DNA of 64,000 nucleotides, from assembly GCF_009914755.1 (NCBI RefSeq), contig NC_060935.1; one strand, written 5' to 3'. Below, in pieces: positions 27,905 through 42,064 of this stretch; positions within the stretch are counted from its first letter, which is position 1, and each line of letters begins with the position of its first letter. This DNA comes from the human T2T-CHM13v2.0 reference genome, Homo sapiens. The notes below the pieces were generated by a model, which had not been told where the DNA came from, did not search any database, and was given only the letters and a program-made list of their open reading frames with translations. The position numbers were made by a program, and so were the translations under genes.

Positions 27905-29894
27905 TAGGTCCTTATTAGCTAAGAAGAAATGTGTTTCTTGCCTTGTTCCTCTGTATTTAAACTCTAGGTCCTTAAACCTTTCATACCCACGAGCTAGCCA
28001 CTTGGGTTGTGCATGTGCACCACCCAACTCCACCAACCACCCCACTCCAACACTCAAATCTATGGGTGGTGCAAATCCCTTTACTCTTACTCCAAACATA
28101 CATGATCAGAAAAAATGGAAGAAAGACATAGCTGAAATAGAGCTCCAACGAGATGATTCCTGGTTTCTACTAGGAATATAAGTAAAATTTGAATTTTTGC
28201 CAGAATCCAAAGTATTCAAGGAAGGGCTCCTTATACACCTTTGATCATTCACTTCCATGTCTCATCTTTCAAAGCTTGGCTTAAACTTTCCTCCTCTGGG
28301 AAAAAAGACCCTGACTTCTTCAGTTAGGGTTACTGTTCCCTCTCCCAGTCACCCATCAGTTTTGTCCATATCAGAGCATTCTATTTTAGTTATTTGCATA
28401 TTCCCTTCTCTCTCTCACCCCTCCACGGATCTCCTACCCCAGGAAGGTCAGCATCCAGTGACCTTTTCAGGAAATTACCCAGGATTTCACAATCTTAGTC
28501 AGAAGCGAAATTTAAAACCCTTTGTCCCCCGTCCTCCCAGCCCCCCGATGTTCCAGGAAGCCAAAGCACAGAGCAATCTTTCCAATCTAGGAAGCAATAA
28601 AGAAATGTATTTATGAACCAGCCTCTATCTAAGGGAGAGAATTTATGTCTCTTCATGCTCTTGTTGACAATAATAACTGATTGCTGCATCAATGTGATGC
28701 AATATAATTTTAAAACCCTCCAGAACAAGGATCAGAAAACAACTGGCAGAGAGACTGAGCGGCAGCCGTGGGCATCTTGGGTTTTGCAGCTCAGCCCTGG
28801 GCCTGCTAATGCCCTGAGGCGATGGGAACACAGCTCTGGGAGCACCTGCAATCTCATCTTGTTTCTTTCCAAGCACCAGGGAAGAAAAGCAATTTGTTTG
28901 CTCTCATACTCTAAAGATGAACTTCCCGTGCTCAATCAAACGTTATTATCCCAATGTAAGTCAATTTACCTTTGAATTTGAAGGCTATTTTCTTCCTAAA
29001 TGGCTAATTATGGGAGATAGATGGCTGTAAACAGAAGTCTTCTACCTCAACACTCCGCCAGGTTTTCTCCTTATGGCACCTGAGAGAACCAGAGAAAGGA
29101 GGCCTCACAGTGTCCTGGCCCCCTCTGCCCACTTGCCGCCCCTCCTCCATTCTTCTCATGCATCCTGCGGTGCCATTCGCCCACCCCGCCTACATTCCTG
29201 GACACCTATTTGGAGTTTCATCCCCCTGAATTCCATCCCCTGCCGCGTCCATTTCTAGGAGCTCCATTCCCTCGTGCCATCTCCCGTTTTTAAGGACTGG
29301 ACTAAAGGTGGAGGTCTTGGCCTGAGAACCGTGCATACGGGACAGCATGAGTTTTAGGAGACAAGGGGTCCTGTGTGTGTTTGAGATGAAACAAGGTCAC
29401 CTGAGGCCGCCTCTTTGATTTGCCTGACAGAGTCACAGAAGCTGACCGCTGCGAGGCAGGGGCTGCGGCCTTTTCCCGTGGCATGATCAACACCTCGCAG
29501 GAACTAATTGAATGGCCGAGTTTGTTTACTGAGAGGAGGAGTAGCCCCTTCCTTTCTCGCAAAACAAAGTCTTTCCCCAGGAGCGGTGGCAAAGAGGTCA
29601 GCCCTGGCAGCGTTTCTGTTTTGCCTTTTGATGAAAGCCTACTCTGGCTGCTCTGAAGAAGGGAGCTCATTGTGTGCTCACTGTCAGAGGTGGCTCCAGC
29701 AGGGAGGCCACAGCCCTGGGGGCTTTTTGGGTCTTGGGGTTATGGAGCCTGTGGTGTGTGGGGTTATCTACAGGGACTGAGCTTTCTAGCTCTTCTCCCA
29801 GAAGTCTGGCCTCTGGTCCTCTGCCCTTTCCACCTGGGCCCCAGAAGCCATAGTAATAGCAACCTGCCTTTGTCCGGTGCCTCGTCGTCGTTTA

Positions 29895-30065
29895 TGCAAG
29901 TCTATATACTTTATCTCACTTGATCCTCACAACCATCCTGTGCTGTCATCCTCCCCTGACAGATGAGGGAGAGGCCCAGAGAGGTCAAGTGCTCTGCCTG
30001 AGGTCACACAGCTAGGAAGTGACATAACTGGGACCTGCCTCCCTTTGGCTTGAACGCCTCTGATC
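29895..30065 (-). mobile_element. MIR SINE
   Basis: gatcctcacaacc...acagatgagg..gaggcccagagagg...aggtcacacagctaggaagtg. Confidence 0.7.
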
Positions 30066-31484
30066 TCTCCCATCTGTCACAGTCCCATCACAGAAAGGCA
30101 GGCATGTGGCCCCGTGGTTGAAGCCCTGCCCCAGCTGTGGATCCGCATCACCTGGGCCAGGCTTCCAATTTATGATACTTACTGAGACCTTGGCACCACG
30201 GCCTTGATAAACCCCTCTGCCCTGGGCTTGAGCTTGCTGTTCTGTCGGGGGCAGTTCGCGGGGCTGGGAGGACAGGTAAGAAGGGAGGAGCTTTTCATGA
30301 GCTGCTCTGGAAAAGTTTAAGGCCATGGTAGGGTCAGCTCAGGAAAGCACAGCAGGGCAAGGGGCAGGTAGGCCTGTCCAACTCAGCTAATAGCTACAGA
30401 GGTCTCAAGAAGTAATGATTGGAGGCCTGACTGAGGCATAGAGACCAATAGGAGACGCTCTCTCTCCTAGCTCAGACCAAGGAACCCTAGAACATGCTCC
30501 TCCAAGTTCACCCACCGTCACCCTGCAGGGGAGGGGTCTGCCACACTCCAAAAAAGAATCAATCCACTGTGTGTTCTGTGGACTGTTATTTAGAGATGCC
30601 CCTACAGATTCCTGGAGCTGCTGGGCCCCATGCCAGGGCAAGGATCCCAGGACTCCCTGTTTAGCATAGTACTTTGATTAAAACAATAAATTCCCATTGA
30701 ATACCGATGGGCAGGCAAGTGGGGGCTCATGCCAGCCTCGGTGCCCTCCTGGCATCATCTCACAGCAACTCGTTTGGGGAGAAATACCTCCCTCCGCTGT
30801 GATGAGAACCCTCATTCCCAATGAATGAGGGGGCAGAAGCTGCCTGGGAGCCTCAGGAATGAGGGCATCATGGGCAGGACAGGGTAGGACTGGGGCAGCT
30901 GCAGATGGCACCAAGGATATGGGGGCCTTGACTAAGCAGGGAGGGCCACAGAAGGGGAGAGGGGGCACACAGAAACCTCAATGGCTGGCCCCTGTCTGGT
31001 CCTCACCTCCTGACCCTGTCTCTGCAGACATGCTGAACTGGGAGGAACATGCTTGGGTCTTGGCCCCCTGAGCAGCTGTGCTGGAGCCACGCCTCAGTGC
31101 CCAGCGCTGCTGCATCTGCTCTCTGGCAGCACATGGCTGCATGTTTCTCTGGGCCCTGCCTGGTGCGCAGCAGCCATATCCTGGGCAGGTGTGCTGGGGC
31201 TGTTGCCTCACCTGGCCCTGGGATGCTGGTAGCTCCGGATTGACCAGGGTTTCTGATGGGAAGGGATGTATGGGAGAAGCCAGGGAGTGGAGAGAGAACT
31301 CGTGTTCCCTGATACAAGGCTTTTTACCCATGTCTCCCCAAATAGCCCCCCCTCCTCCCACTAGCCCCGAGGCTGGAGATCAACATCATGGTCCCATCTT
31401 TAAGAGGAACCAGGATCTGTTTTGAGATGGCCAATCAGCCAAAGAATGCCATAATTCACGTTATCCATTCACTTTTCAGTTGAC

Positions 31485-31635
31485 TTCCTTCCTTCCTTCC
31501 TGCTTTCCTTTCTTCCTTTTATCCTTCCTCCCTCCCTTCTATCCATTCAGTAATATTTACTGATAATCCTTCACATGAGGCCCGATGCTAGGCTGTGGAA
31601 ATCAAAGATGAATAAGCAATAGCTTCTGTCCTTGT
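31485..31635 (-). mobile_element. (TTCC)-rich tract plus LINE-2 3' end
   Basis: atccattcagtaatatttactga...aaagatgaataag. Confidence 0.55.
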
Positions 31636-31844
31636 GCTATCTCCTCCGGGTGTCCAGTATTATGACCACTGTATTTCTGAACCGAAAACGAGGACGCAGA
31701 GCTGACAGGGGTGAGTGTACACGTGGGAATGGGCAGGAAGACCACCCTGAAGGTCTGAGGCATTCTGTTCCTAAGCTAGGATGAAACTGAGTATTCCATA
31801 CATACTGGCTGCATTGCATTTTTGTCTAGCATTCTTTAATAAGA

Positions 31845-31985
31845 ACAGTAAGAGCTGCCATTTGTTGAACATGTACCATGTGCCAGGCTTGTACAAGATA
31901 ATGTGTATACCATATCTCATTTAGTCTTCACCACAGCCCTACAGAGAAATTCACTGTCCAGACAGGGAAACTGAGGACCAGGCCG
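31845..31985 (-). mobile_element. MIR SINE
   Basis: catttgttgaaca..taccatgtgccaggc...gggaaactgagg. Confidence 0.7.
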
Positions 31986-33469
31986 TTCGCAGTTAGTGTT
32001 AGTACAGTCCTTCTTGGCCACTCTAAATCCTCTGCTGCCTCTACAGCTGGAGGGTTCTGATCCGTTGGCTTACAGGTGTGTCCTGTGGGCCACATGGGGG
32101 TGGGTGGGTGTTCACAGCACACTGCCTGGAGCCATGGTGCACACAGCAGGGGGTCTGAGGCTGCGCAGAATGGCCCACTTCTAAACAAGCGTGTCTGAGC
32201 TTTGCCAGGTGTCCATGTTTGGAACACAATAAAAGAGGAGGTCTTCGAAAGGAGGTGACTCAGAGAAGCAACGCTAGACTCACCCCAGAGCTGCAACCTG
32301 CTAACTTCACAGAGCCTCACAGCAGAATTATTTAACCCCAAGCCCCCTCTCCTCATGGGGACAAAAGAGAAATCAGGCTGATGCTATCTCCCTCATAGCA
32401 CACTTAGGAGGAGCAAATGAAACGGCATATGTAAAAGTGCATTGTAAATTGCAAAGTGGCAGATGAGATTATTATTACTGCTTCCTTCACCTCAACAAAG
32501 ACCCATAATCACAGACAATGCATCGAGCCTGGTGAGGGTGTGGCCTTTCTTGGCCCTGCCCTTTCTCCTTGGCTCCTCCCACGCTCTTGGCTTTTCTCCT
32601 GGATTCCCTGCTCTCCCATCTGCAGCAGGTTGGGGCCCCATGGATAACTATATCTAGGGACCGACTCCTGGGATCTTACCAAGTCACATTTGCAGTTGGT
32701 GCCTCCTTAGTCACTGCCAGGATTCCAGGCAGGTATAATGTGCTGCACTTAATGTAGAGGATCAGGGTCCCAGTGAGCAGCTTCATCTTCAGGCGTCGGG
32801 AGTGGGAGCAATGGAGCACCCATGGTCTCCAGGTCTCAGGCCACTTGGGTCTGGGATTTGAGGCTCAGGGGGAGGAGTCCTGCGGTGACTGCTGTGAAGT
32901 GGTGTGGGGGCTCAGGATGGGACCTACTTCATGGGACATGATGGATGAGACTCAGGATGCCAGGAGGTAGGCACAGCCCACACTTAGCAGCTTGGCGCAC
33001 GCAAATAGGAGCTCTGCTCACAGCCTGTGCTGGGCACTTCATTTCCCAGAGACAACCGGCGCGTTTTAATAATGTCTACTTGGGTTAATGAAAGTTGTCG
33101 GTTTCACTTAATAAATACATTGCCATTCTTGGCCACACATATCCGTCATGCTGGGCCTGGAGCTGTGCGTCCCGCCTGAGTTGAGTAGGGATGCTGGGAG
33201 TGGGAATGGGGTGGGGAAAGCATGGGGCATATGGGTAGAGAGTGAGGTCTGGAGGGCATGGGACATGGTCCCTCTTGGGAGTTAAGCAGAGGGAGTCCTC
33301 TCATTGCATCTTTCCTCTGGGATCAAATTAGAGGCACAAAGGGCAGAAGGGAACCTTGGAGGTTCCTCCTGTTCATTCTCTGCCTCAGGGAAGTGACACA
33401 CAGAATGGCCCCTTTGGCAGGGAGCAGTGAGCCATAGTGTGGTCCAGAGGGACGCAGGCCATCTTGGGA

Positions 33470-33930
33470 AGGAATCCCAGTTGACCACTCATTATCTCTG
33501 TAACTAAGTCAATTATTCAATCTCCCTGAGCCTCCATTTCTTCAGTAAAATGGAGCTAATAATCATATTTGCTTCATAGAGCCTGTTTCGAGCATTCCAG
33601 CATAAGCCATGGGAAGCTCTTAGCAGGCACCCAGCATCTAAAGCACTCAAATCAGAGTCACTAGTATTATTAATGTTAAAATATTATTTTTATGAAGGCA
33701 CAGTTTAGTATGGTGTTTATGAGAGTGGATCTGGAGTGTGGGTTTGGATTTCGGGTGTATCACTTACTAGCTGTGTCACTCTGGAGAATTTATGTAGTCT
33801 TTCTGTGTTTCAGTTTCCAAGTCTGTAAAATACGGGGAAATAATACCTAACTCATGGAGTTGTGAGGAGTGAGCAGATTATGACATGTACATCCTTTGGA
33901 ACACAGACCCAATAAATGTTAAGAATTATT
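33470..33930 (+). mobile_element. Two tandem MIR SINEs
   Basis: ctccctgagcctccatttc; cacttactagctgtgtcac...cagtttccaagtctgtaaaa. Confidence 0.7.
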
Positions 33931-36900
33931 AAGTTGTCGATTTCACAGGGCCATGGGGGAGGGAAGTCCGGGCTCTCTGGGAACTGCCTTCCACATTTCC
34001 CCACCTTAGGGTGGTCTCCAGACCACATCCCAGATGACCTTACACACCCCAGGGGTTGATACCAGGCCGAGACCCTCGACATTCCAGGGAGGGAACCGGA
34101 GGACTCCAGTCAGTTTCCAAGCTGCATAACTTGGTTCAAGGTTGGCAGTGAGGGGAGAGACCCAGGGGAGGGATCATGCTTAACATTCTTGGGACATTCT
34201 CCTTGAACTCTGCAGGGGCCTTAAAACATCCCTAAGTGCCATACCTCTACATGCTGGCCTTCTTCTGCACTCTTTTTTTCTTTCTTTAAAAGCTTAGACT
34301 GATTAAAGATGGGAAGGGATTTGGGGGGTCAAGGGAGGACTCTGGATGGGAAAGGGGAGAAGCTCAGATGATGGGAAGGGGCGGGGGTGGCCAGGCAGTG
34401 CTTTCTAGCTGAAGTAAGCAGCTTTGGAACCTGCCTATCACATGGCCGGGTATTCCAGGGTTTTTAAATTGCATGCCACATGTTTATCCTTATTAAGCAG
34501 TTGTTCTCTTCCAAGGGGCTCTCTCTGGCAGCCAAGAACCAACCACAGGGCTTGTCGTGGGGCTTATGAGTAGCTAGGGCCTCCCAGGAGGTCGTCAGAG
34601 TGGATGGAGGGGCAAAGCCAGGAAAATACCTGGGGGCTTCCACTCCCTAAACCCAGGGAAACGATGGAGTAGCTGAGCCGAGATTGGCTCACCTCCTTGT
34701 ACAGGAAGAAAAACTGCGGCCAGAGGGGCAAGGCGAGGAAGTCGCCATAACACATTTGGTGTGGTTTTGGGCAGACAGAACGGGTTTCTTATGGCTGGGG
34801 CTGCTTTCTAATGTGAATATGAGTACTCTTGGCTGGGAGAGGAAGGGCTGGAGGAGAGATCAGGAAGGAGAGATCCACATCTGGCTCCGAGCTGACTCTC
34901 GGTGACCATGACCACCTCCTTCCACTGGAGGGAGCAGCCTCTCCGCAGGTGGGGCTGTCCCTCAGGAGCAGGAACTGGGCTCCCGCTGGAGAGAAGCAGC
35001 ACTCCACGTTCAAAGACCATTATTGCCATTATTAATTGATCGCTGTTATTATCATGTAGGCATTAAGTGGCTTCCTCTGCCCTTTGAGTTGTAACACTTA
35101 GGGCAGCTGCTAGCGAGGACAAAACAAAGCTTCCCTACTGCAAGAGCTTTATCTGGGTCCCTGCTGCTGTGTGGCCTTCTGCAATTAGCCATTTTACAGA
35201 TGGAGAAACTTAGTCCTAATGATTTGCTGAAGGGCCGAGTTGCTTAGCCCTGCAGGGTACACAGATGAATAGGGAGCGTTGCTGAGCACTTGCAATCAAG
35301 ACAGAGTTGCCACCCACTGCAAGGACGAACATCACTACTGGGTCAGCTCTGCAGCTGCAAGTCTGGGGAAAAGGGATCCACCCAGGCACTAGGGCAACTG
35401 CTCAGCCCCATCGCAGCAAGGGCCCGAGGAACGAGCACGTCAGCTGTCTCCAGGGCCTTTCTCATCATCTCCCGTGCCTGCCGTGCTGTCTCTTACCAAC
35501 CCAGGAGGGAGGGTTGGTGGCTGCTGCTCCATCCTCACCCTTTAGACCACCCCACAGGTGGGACAGGGTGGGCCCAGGTGGAGTCTGAGCTGGGTGCCAA
35601 TTCCAGGAATGCAGCTGGAGGTGGGGGCGGGCCATGGTGGGCCAGGACAGGTGGGAGAGAAAAGCAGGAGGCAGCTGAAGGGGGCGGTCTCAGAAGCCCC
35701 CGCTGGGAGCCTCCTATCCACCTGGCAGGCGTTTGGAACAACGTGCTGAATAACAGCAGCATTTGTGAAATCTAATTAGTGCAGGCCCAACTTCTGACTT
35801 CCAGTGCGGGGGCTCCTCCTCTAGCCCCAGGCTATCGAGCTGAATTAAGCTGCCTAAGATCACCTCATTAAATTCACTAACCTTGCTTTTCCACCACGTT
35901 TAGCCCCTGGTGCCCTTCCTCTGTGGGAGGTGCGCGTCTGGCATTCCTCCAGTGCGTTCCCAGGCAGGTGTTTTGAGAAACTCCCCTCCTCTTCCCTCCT
36001 CTCCCCTCCCCAAATGGCTCCCTTAATCACGAGCTGCTTTCTTCTGAGCTCAATAATCACCCTGGACTAATCCATACACAAAATCCTGTGGCTGCAGTAG
36101 GAGCCCCCTTCCCAGCCCTCCCTGGCTAAGGGATGGTGGTCCCAGAGGCACTGAGGACTCCTCCTGGAGGCAGGCAGGGGGCTGTCCAGAGGCAGAGCAT
36201 TGGGCCTGCTGGCAAACTGCTAACTGGCACAGGTGACTTGCATTTCCTGGGGCCTAACTGCTGGGAGTGCACTTCTGGAGTGGAGATGGGCAATGGGGAT
36301 GCCTGATGAGACCTATGTCCAGGACAGGAGGGGAGGGGATGGAGAAGCAGCTCTGGAGCCCAGCTTGCTGTTAGCCCTGAGAAACAAGTGACTTCCTGTG
36401 GGTCAGAGTACAGGGTGGGTAGCAGAAACAATCAGGCCAGAGGGGTATTTGTTGCAGAAGAGAAATGTGATGCAATTAGTATGCTAGGAGAATGGAAAAC
36501 TAACCCGGAGACAGGGCTAAAGTTACTGCCCACTCAACTCTGCATGGAATTGTGCTGAATTGAGGAGCACTGCAGCGAGACCTGACCACCGCCCAGCCCA
36601 GGTTGGGTTTGTTTTCCCCGCTCTGAGACCGGACCTCAGGAAAGGGGTGCGGGGAAGGTTGGGTTCAGAAGGAGAGACTCTCCAGCCACACCTGTGAAGC
36701 TCCAGGCAGTTTCCCTAATGTCTCTCCTTAGCCTCTTGCAGAGAGGGCTAATGTATGTCTTCCCCCCGGGCTGGTGGCTGGGTTAATTGGACCTTGTTTA
36801 TGTAGCATCTATTATTTATGATTTCCTTTCGTCTCTCCTGAGTATGACAACTGTGGTTAAGCAACCAGAGTTATTCCTGCCTCGGGACATGTATGAGGAC

Positions 36901-37103
36901 GGTCTCCTTTGCAGCCTACCTGAAGTGAATGTGAGGCCGAGAGGCTTCGTGAAAGGTTAAGTGGGTGGGGGACCTGCTGGGAGAGAGGGGCAGGGGAATG
37001 TGCCTGAGATCAGACAGCCTTGCACTAAGCTCAGCTCCTTTCTGGGGGGACCTCCGATGCATGCTCACTTGTATAAAATCTAACTGGAACTGGGATCGTG
37101 TTC

Positions 37104-37258
37104 TGGGGGTTCCGAACTTTGGCTGCATATTGGAATTATCTGAGATGTCTGAAAAACCTGACAACCAGAGATTCCAGATTAATCGGTATGGGGGTGTGGC
37201 TACAAGGTTTCAGAGCTCCCCAGTATTCTAATATACAGCAAAAGTTGAGAGCCACTCG
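37104..37258. mobile_element. MER5-type hAT-Charlie MITE
   Basis: ttggctgcatattggaattatc...aagttgagagccact. Confidence 0.65.
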
Positions 37259-37309
37259 CAGCTCCAGCACATTCTTACTGTGTCAGTTTTTTTCTGTTGA
37301 TTATGAACA

Positions 37310-37829
<520 letters not shown>

Positions 37830-38494
37830 TGCTTGTCTGAACTGTAAGAGGATTTTAACAGTTTCCCAAGCAATGCTTCATATTCACAAATGAACACATT
37901 AGGCTCAAGGATAGAAGGGACATACTTAGGATGATAGACTAACCTGGCCCAGCCTGCAACCTCATGGGAATGTGGGATAATGAGAGAGAATGTTTGCATT
38001 GGAGGTCTGTGGGCGTAGAGCACTCAACAAATGCCAGGCACTGGGGCTATAATCACATGGGGAGAAGGAGCCAACCGTGCATGTCTGAAGCAGGTATTCT
38101 CTTCCCTGCAGGTGCCAGGACTACAGACAGGGCAACGGAGAGCAGGGGCTTGCTGGAGAAATCCATCCTTCCCTGGGATCTCTTGGAGGGCTCTCCATCT
38201 CTCTTAGAGCAGTTTCTTTCTTAGACAGTTGAAGCTGCCTCAGTGGTCTCCCCAGATCATGCAGGTCGGGGCAGAAGCTTCTCACTCAGAGAACTGAGAA
38301 TATCATTTTTCACAGAAGTCTAAGGTGGAATTTAGACCAAGATATTCTTGGCCTTAGCAGTTTGACTCGGGCGGGGGTTTGAAGCTGGAACTTTTCAACA
38401 TACATCTCCAAGCTTCAGGAGGAAGCTAGACACATCTGAAAGCCTCTGAACAACCTGCGATGAAGATTCTTGAAAAAAGAGACCATTTGCCTTA

Positions 38495-38715
38495 GGGGCT
38501 AAGAGTACAGGTGCAAGAGACAGACCGCCCACATTAAAATCTGACTCCACTCCTGAGCTGTGTGACTTTGGGAAAGTTCCTCAACTGAAGTCACAAAGAC
38601 CTAATCTGGGAAGTGGGAATAGTCATAGAAAAAGGATCGTGGGGAAATGAAACGAGAGAATACATGTAACGTTCTTGGCTCACAGCGCCCGGTGAATGTT
38701 AGCTGCTATTACTGT
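38495..38715 (+). mobile_element. MIR SINE
   Basis: agctgtgtgactttgggaaagttcc...aatacatgtaa...aatgttagctgctatt. Confidence 0.65.
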
Positions 38716-39449
38716 TGTTCCTACCACCGCACCCTCTCCCATTCCTTTCCTTCTCAATTCTATTGACATTTTTGGTGTCTAACTCCTTTTGAGAGATCAT
38801 GACTTTTGTAGAACTAGGCTGCTTTCACTCTTTGAGGGTGGTCTTTCTGATTGATCCATCGGTCTGCATTCTCCTTGCCGTCCTTGGTATGCACACACAT
38901 GCATGGAAGCTATATTCCTCCTTCATACTGGACTTTGAGGACAACGTTTTCATGTTTCACATTTCCCACTTCATCTCCTTTGTTTTCCACTTGCTTAGTT
39001 TCCTACTCTTCCCTTTATCCTGAGGTGTCGTGAGGGCAATGGCCTGCAGAGTCCAAAGGTGGCTGTCATGTCATTTGTCCACGTTTGCATTCCCGTGCCC
39101 TCCCCACAGATGGCTGCTCTCTGGGCTGCACGCACGTTGGGTTCACTGATCGCAGAGTCTTTTTCTGGCTGCCAAGAACATGGTAGCCTCCCAGAGGCTG
39201 TTGGCATGTGGATGCTGCCTCTGTGATCCACAGCCCCGCCAGGCTGATGCTTCAGGAATGGATCACACCTTGGCTGGACCCATCAGGCTGGAACACCAGA
39301 TTCTTAATCAACTGTAGGTGCTACTGTCGCTCTAGGACCTGCCGATGCCCTCTGTCCTTCTCTGGTGACTTTGTCCACGTGGATCTTCAGTTCCTTCAAC
39401 ATGTGTGCTTGTTGCCCCTTGGAGCCCACCTCCTCAAGCAAGCCTCCCA

Positions 39450-39822
39450 GCCCAGTCAGCCCCTGTGCACTCTCATGTTACCTGTGCATCTCCTTCACAA
39501 CTCACGTCACTGATGGACTTACGCAGTTGGGTGTGTATTTGGTAACCTGTCTTCCTCCTGCTGAAATATCAACTCCAAGAGGGCAAGGAGTGTGTCTATT
39601 TGTTCACTACAGTATTATATGAACACCCCTGGCATATAATAAGTGCTCCCTCAGAATTTGAGTATTATATGGACACCCTTGGCATATAATAAATGCTCCC
39701 TCAGAATTTGAGTATTATATGGACACCCTTGGCATATAATAAATGCTCCCTCAGAATTTGAGTATTATATGGACACCCCTGGCATAGAATAAATGCTCCC
39801 TCAGTATTTGAATAAATAAATG
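39450..39822 (+). mobile_element. LINE-2 3' end with amplified terminal segment
   Basis: ctccaagagggcaagg...tgttcact...ggcatataat...atttgaataaataaatg. Confidence 0.65.
39611..39810. repeat. 50-bp minisatellite, 4 copies
   Basis: agtattatatggacacccttggcatataataaatgctccctcagaatttg at 39611, 39661, 39711 and 39761. Confidence 0.97.
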
Positions 39823-39959
39823 TGGTGTCAATTTGGATTAATTTTCTTGATCTCATACTTGTGTTCTCTATGCATCCTATCACCTGGCTCTGCTACTAAC
39901 TGTCTCATGAACTTGGAAGCTTTAGGGGTTAGTCTTTTTTAAGTACATTCGTTAAAAAA

Positions 39960-40520
39960 GAGATGTTGTTCATATAACATAACATTTTCCCCTTTAAAAT
40001 AGACAGTTCAGTAGTTTTAAGTATATTTACAACATTTTGCAACCATGGCCATGACCTCATTTTGGAACAATTTCATCGCCCCCAAAATAAACCCCACACC
40101 CATCACTCCCCATTTCTGTCCCCGTCGGTAGCCATTAACCCACTTTCTGCCTCTGTGGATTTACCTATACTGGACACTCCTACAACATGTGGCCTTTTGT
40201 GTCCGTCTCCTTTCACGTAACAAAATGCTTTCAAGGTTCCATCCCAGTTGCCACATGCATCAGTACTTTATTCCTTTGTATGGGTGAGTAACATTCCATG
40301 GCATAGCTATAAGCGCATTTTGTCCATTCATCATCTGCTAGACATTTGGGCTGTTTCCACTTTTCGGCTATTGTGAATACTGCTGCTATGAACATCTGTG
40401 TAAAGTTTTTGTGTGAACGTATGTTTTCAGTACTCTTGGGTATATACTTAGAAGTGGGATCACTGGGTCATATGGTAACTCTATGTTTAATTTTTGCAGA
40501 ACCGCCAAACTGCTTTCTGA
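39960..40520 (-). mobile_element. L1MB-type 3' region
   Basis: gacatttgggctgtttccacttttcggctattgtgaatactgctgctatgaacat; gggtcatatggtaactctatgtttaa. Confidence 0.88.
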
Positions 40521-41879
40521 GGAGTTTTTATTTGACTTTTTTAAATGAAAGGCCAATTTAGTGTCCACCCCCTTACATTTAAATTTTTATTTGATAAAGA
40601 ACTCCTTTAGAAACATATTAAAAACCATGGAATCTCCAGATAAATGCATATGTGTGAATATACATCATTTCAGGGGTCCCAGAACCATCAGAAACTGGCT
40701 GTGGATCCCAAAGTTCGTGATTACAGGCTCGCACGCAGCAGTGTTTTAAGGTTAGATGATTTTCTCCAACACAGAACTCCAGCTACAGTTTTGGCTTTTT
40801 CACACGGATATTGGAGATGGATAATTTGGCTAATGAGTTCTAATCCATGTTCTGATTTGCATCTGGGATCAGAACATTCAGCAGCCATTTAGTTGCCTTA
40901 ATTTTTTCCACCCACTCTGCAATCATTTGATTGATGTGCAATTACCTCCCCCTGCTTGGACACGTGCTTTCCCCTGCTCATGTGTGTCATCCAATGCCTG
41001 ATAACCTTCATTTTTTCCCATTTATTTTGTGTGTGTTGGCCACTGTTTGATATAATTATTTTTGTAATCATCTTCTATTAGGTGAAAGAATATTGCAGTA
41101 GAGAAAGAAGGAAAAAGAAAATAAATGCCTTCCTGACAAGTTCTAATATTTTATGTTCACAAATCTCCCAATATCAGAGCAATAATATTATTTTCTCGAT
41201 GTGCATTTATTAAAATGTAAAGTAGCTCCATCACATTGGGAACGAAAACCCTTGCATTACCTTGGCCAGAAAATATCACTTATTTATTTCAGATTGCATT
41301 TCTGGAATGTTAATACTGTTGCTTTTTTTTTTTTTTTTTTTTTTTTTGATTTTTTTCCCCATAGCCTTTATCTAGCAGGGGAGTGAACCTGAAGGTCTGA
41401 TTTCTAAACAGGCCTTGCTGAATGCACAGGACCTTAATTTGGTTTTAAGAATTGCTTTTGGCTCTTGATTTATGATGAGGTTCTTTTCTGTGTAATTCTT
41501 TTGGCTGAAAACTGAATAGAGTTCTCCCTTTGTGGGTGGCGTTTTGACATCACATTTTAAGACAGGGTACAGATGTAAGTGGGGAGTAGGGAAGATTTAT
41601 AAAAGAGAAGGGGGATTAACATGTGCGCTTTAAGGGTTGGAAAAGTTCGATCTATTGTCGATTTCTCTATGGTATCAATGGCATACCCCTTAGATTCCAG
41701 TTCCTAAGTCAGAATGTTAATTTCCAGGTAGCCTAGTAAAAGAGATACTAGATTGGAAGTCAGAAGCCAGGAGTTCTAATCCTATTTTTCCCTCTAAGTA
41801 GGTTTGTGACCTTGGACAACTCACTTCCATTCTTTGCGCTGTTTTCTCAAGTGCAAAAGGAAAGGTTGAACTAAGATGG

Positions 41880-42064
41880 ATGGGTTTTAATCTTAGCTGC
41901 GTATTAGAATGCCCTGGAGAGCTTTGAAAACTACAGTGATACTCAGGCCCTTAGATCAATTAAATCAGACTTTCTCATGAGGGTGCATGGACCTGGGCAT
42001 TGGTGTCTCTACTAAACACTGCCCAGGTGGTTCTATCATCAAGCCAGAGATGAGGACCCCTGGT
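41880..42064. mobile_element. MER5-type MITE inside a MIR (~41720-42110)
   Basis: ttagctgcgtattagaatgccctggagagcttt...ccaggtggttcta...agccagagatgaggacccctg. Confidence 0.65.

Noticed and set aside
35290-35775. Longest ORF in the window (161 aa)
   Set aside because: Non-ATG start, composition typical of GC-rich non-coding DNA, no recognisable homology.
39611-39810. CRISPR-like periodic repeat
   Set aside because: Contiguous units with no spacers, eukaryotic context and no cas genes.
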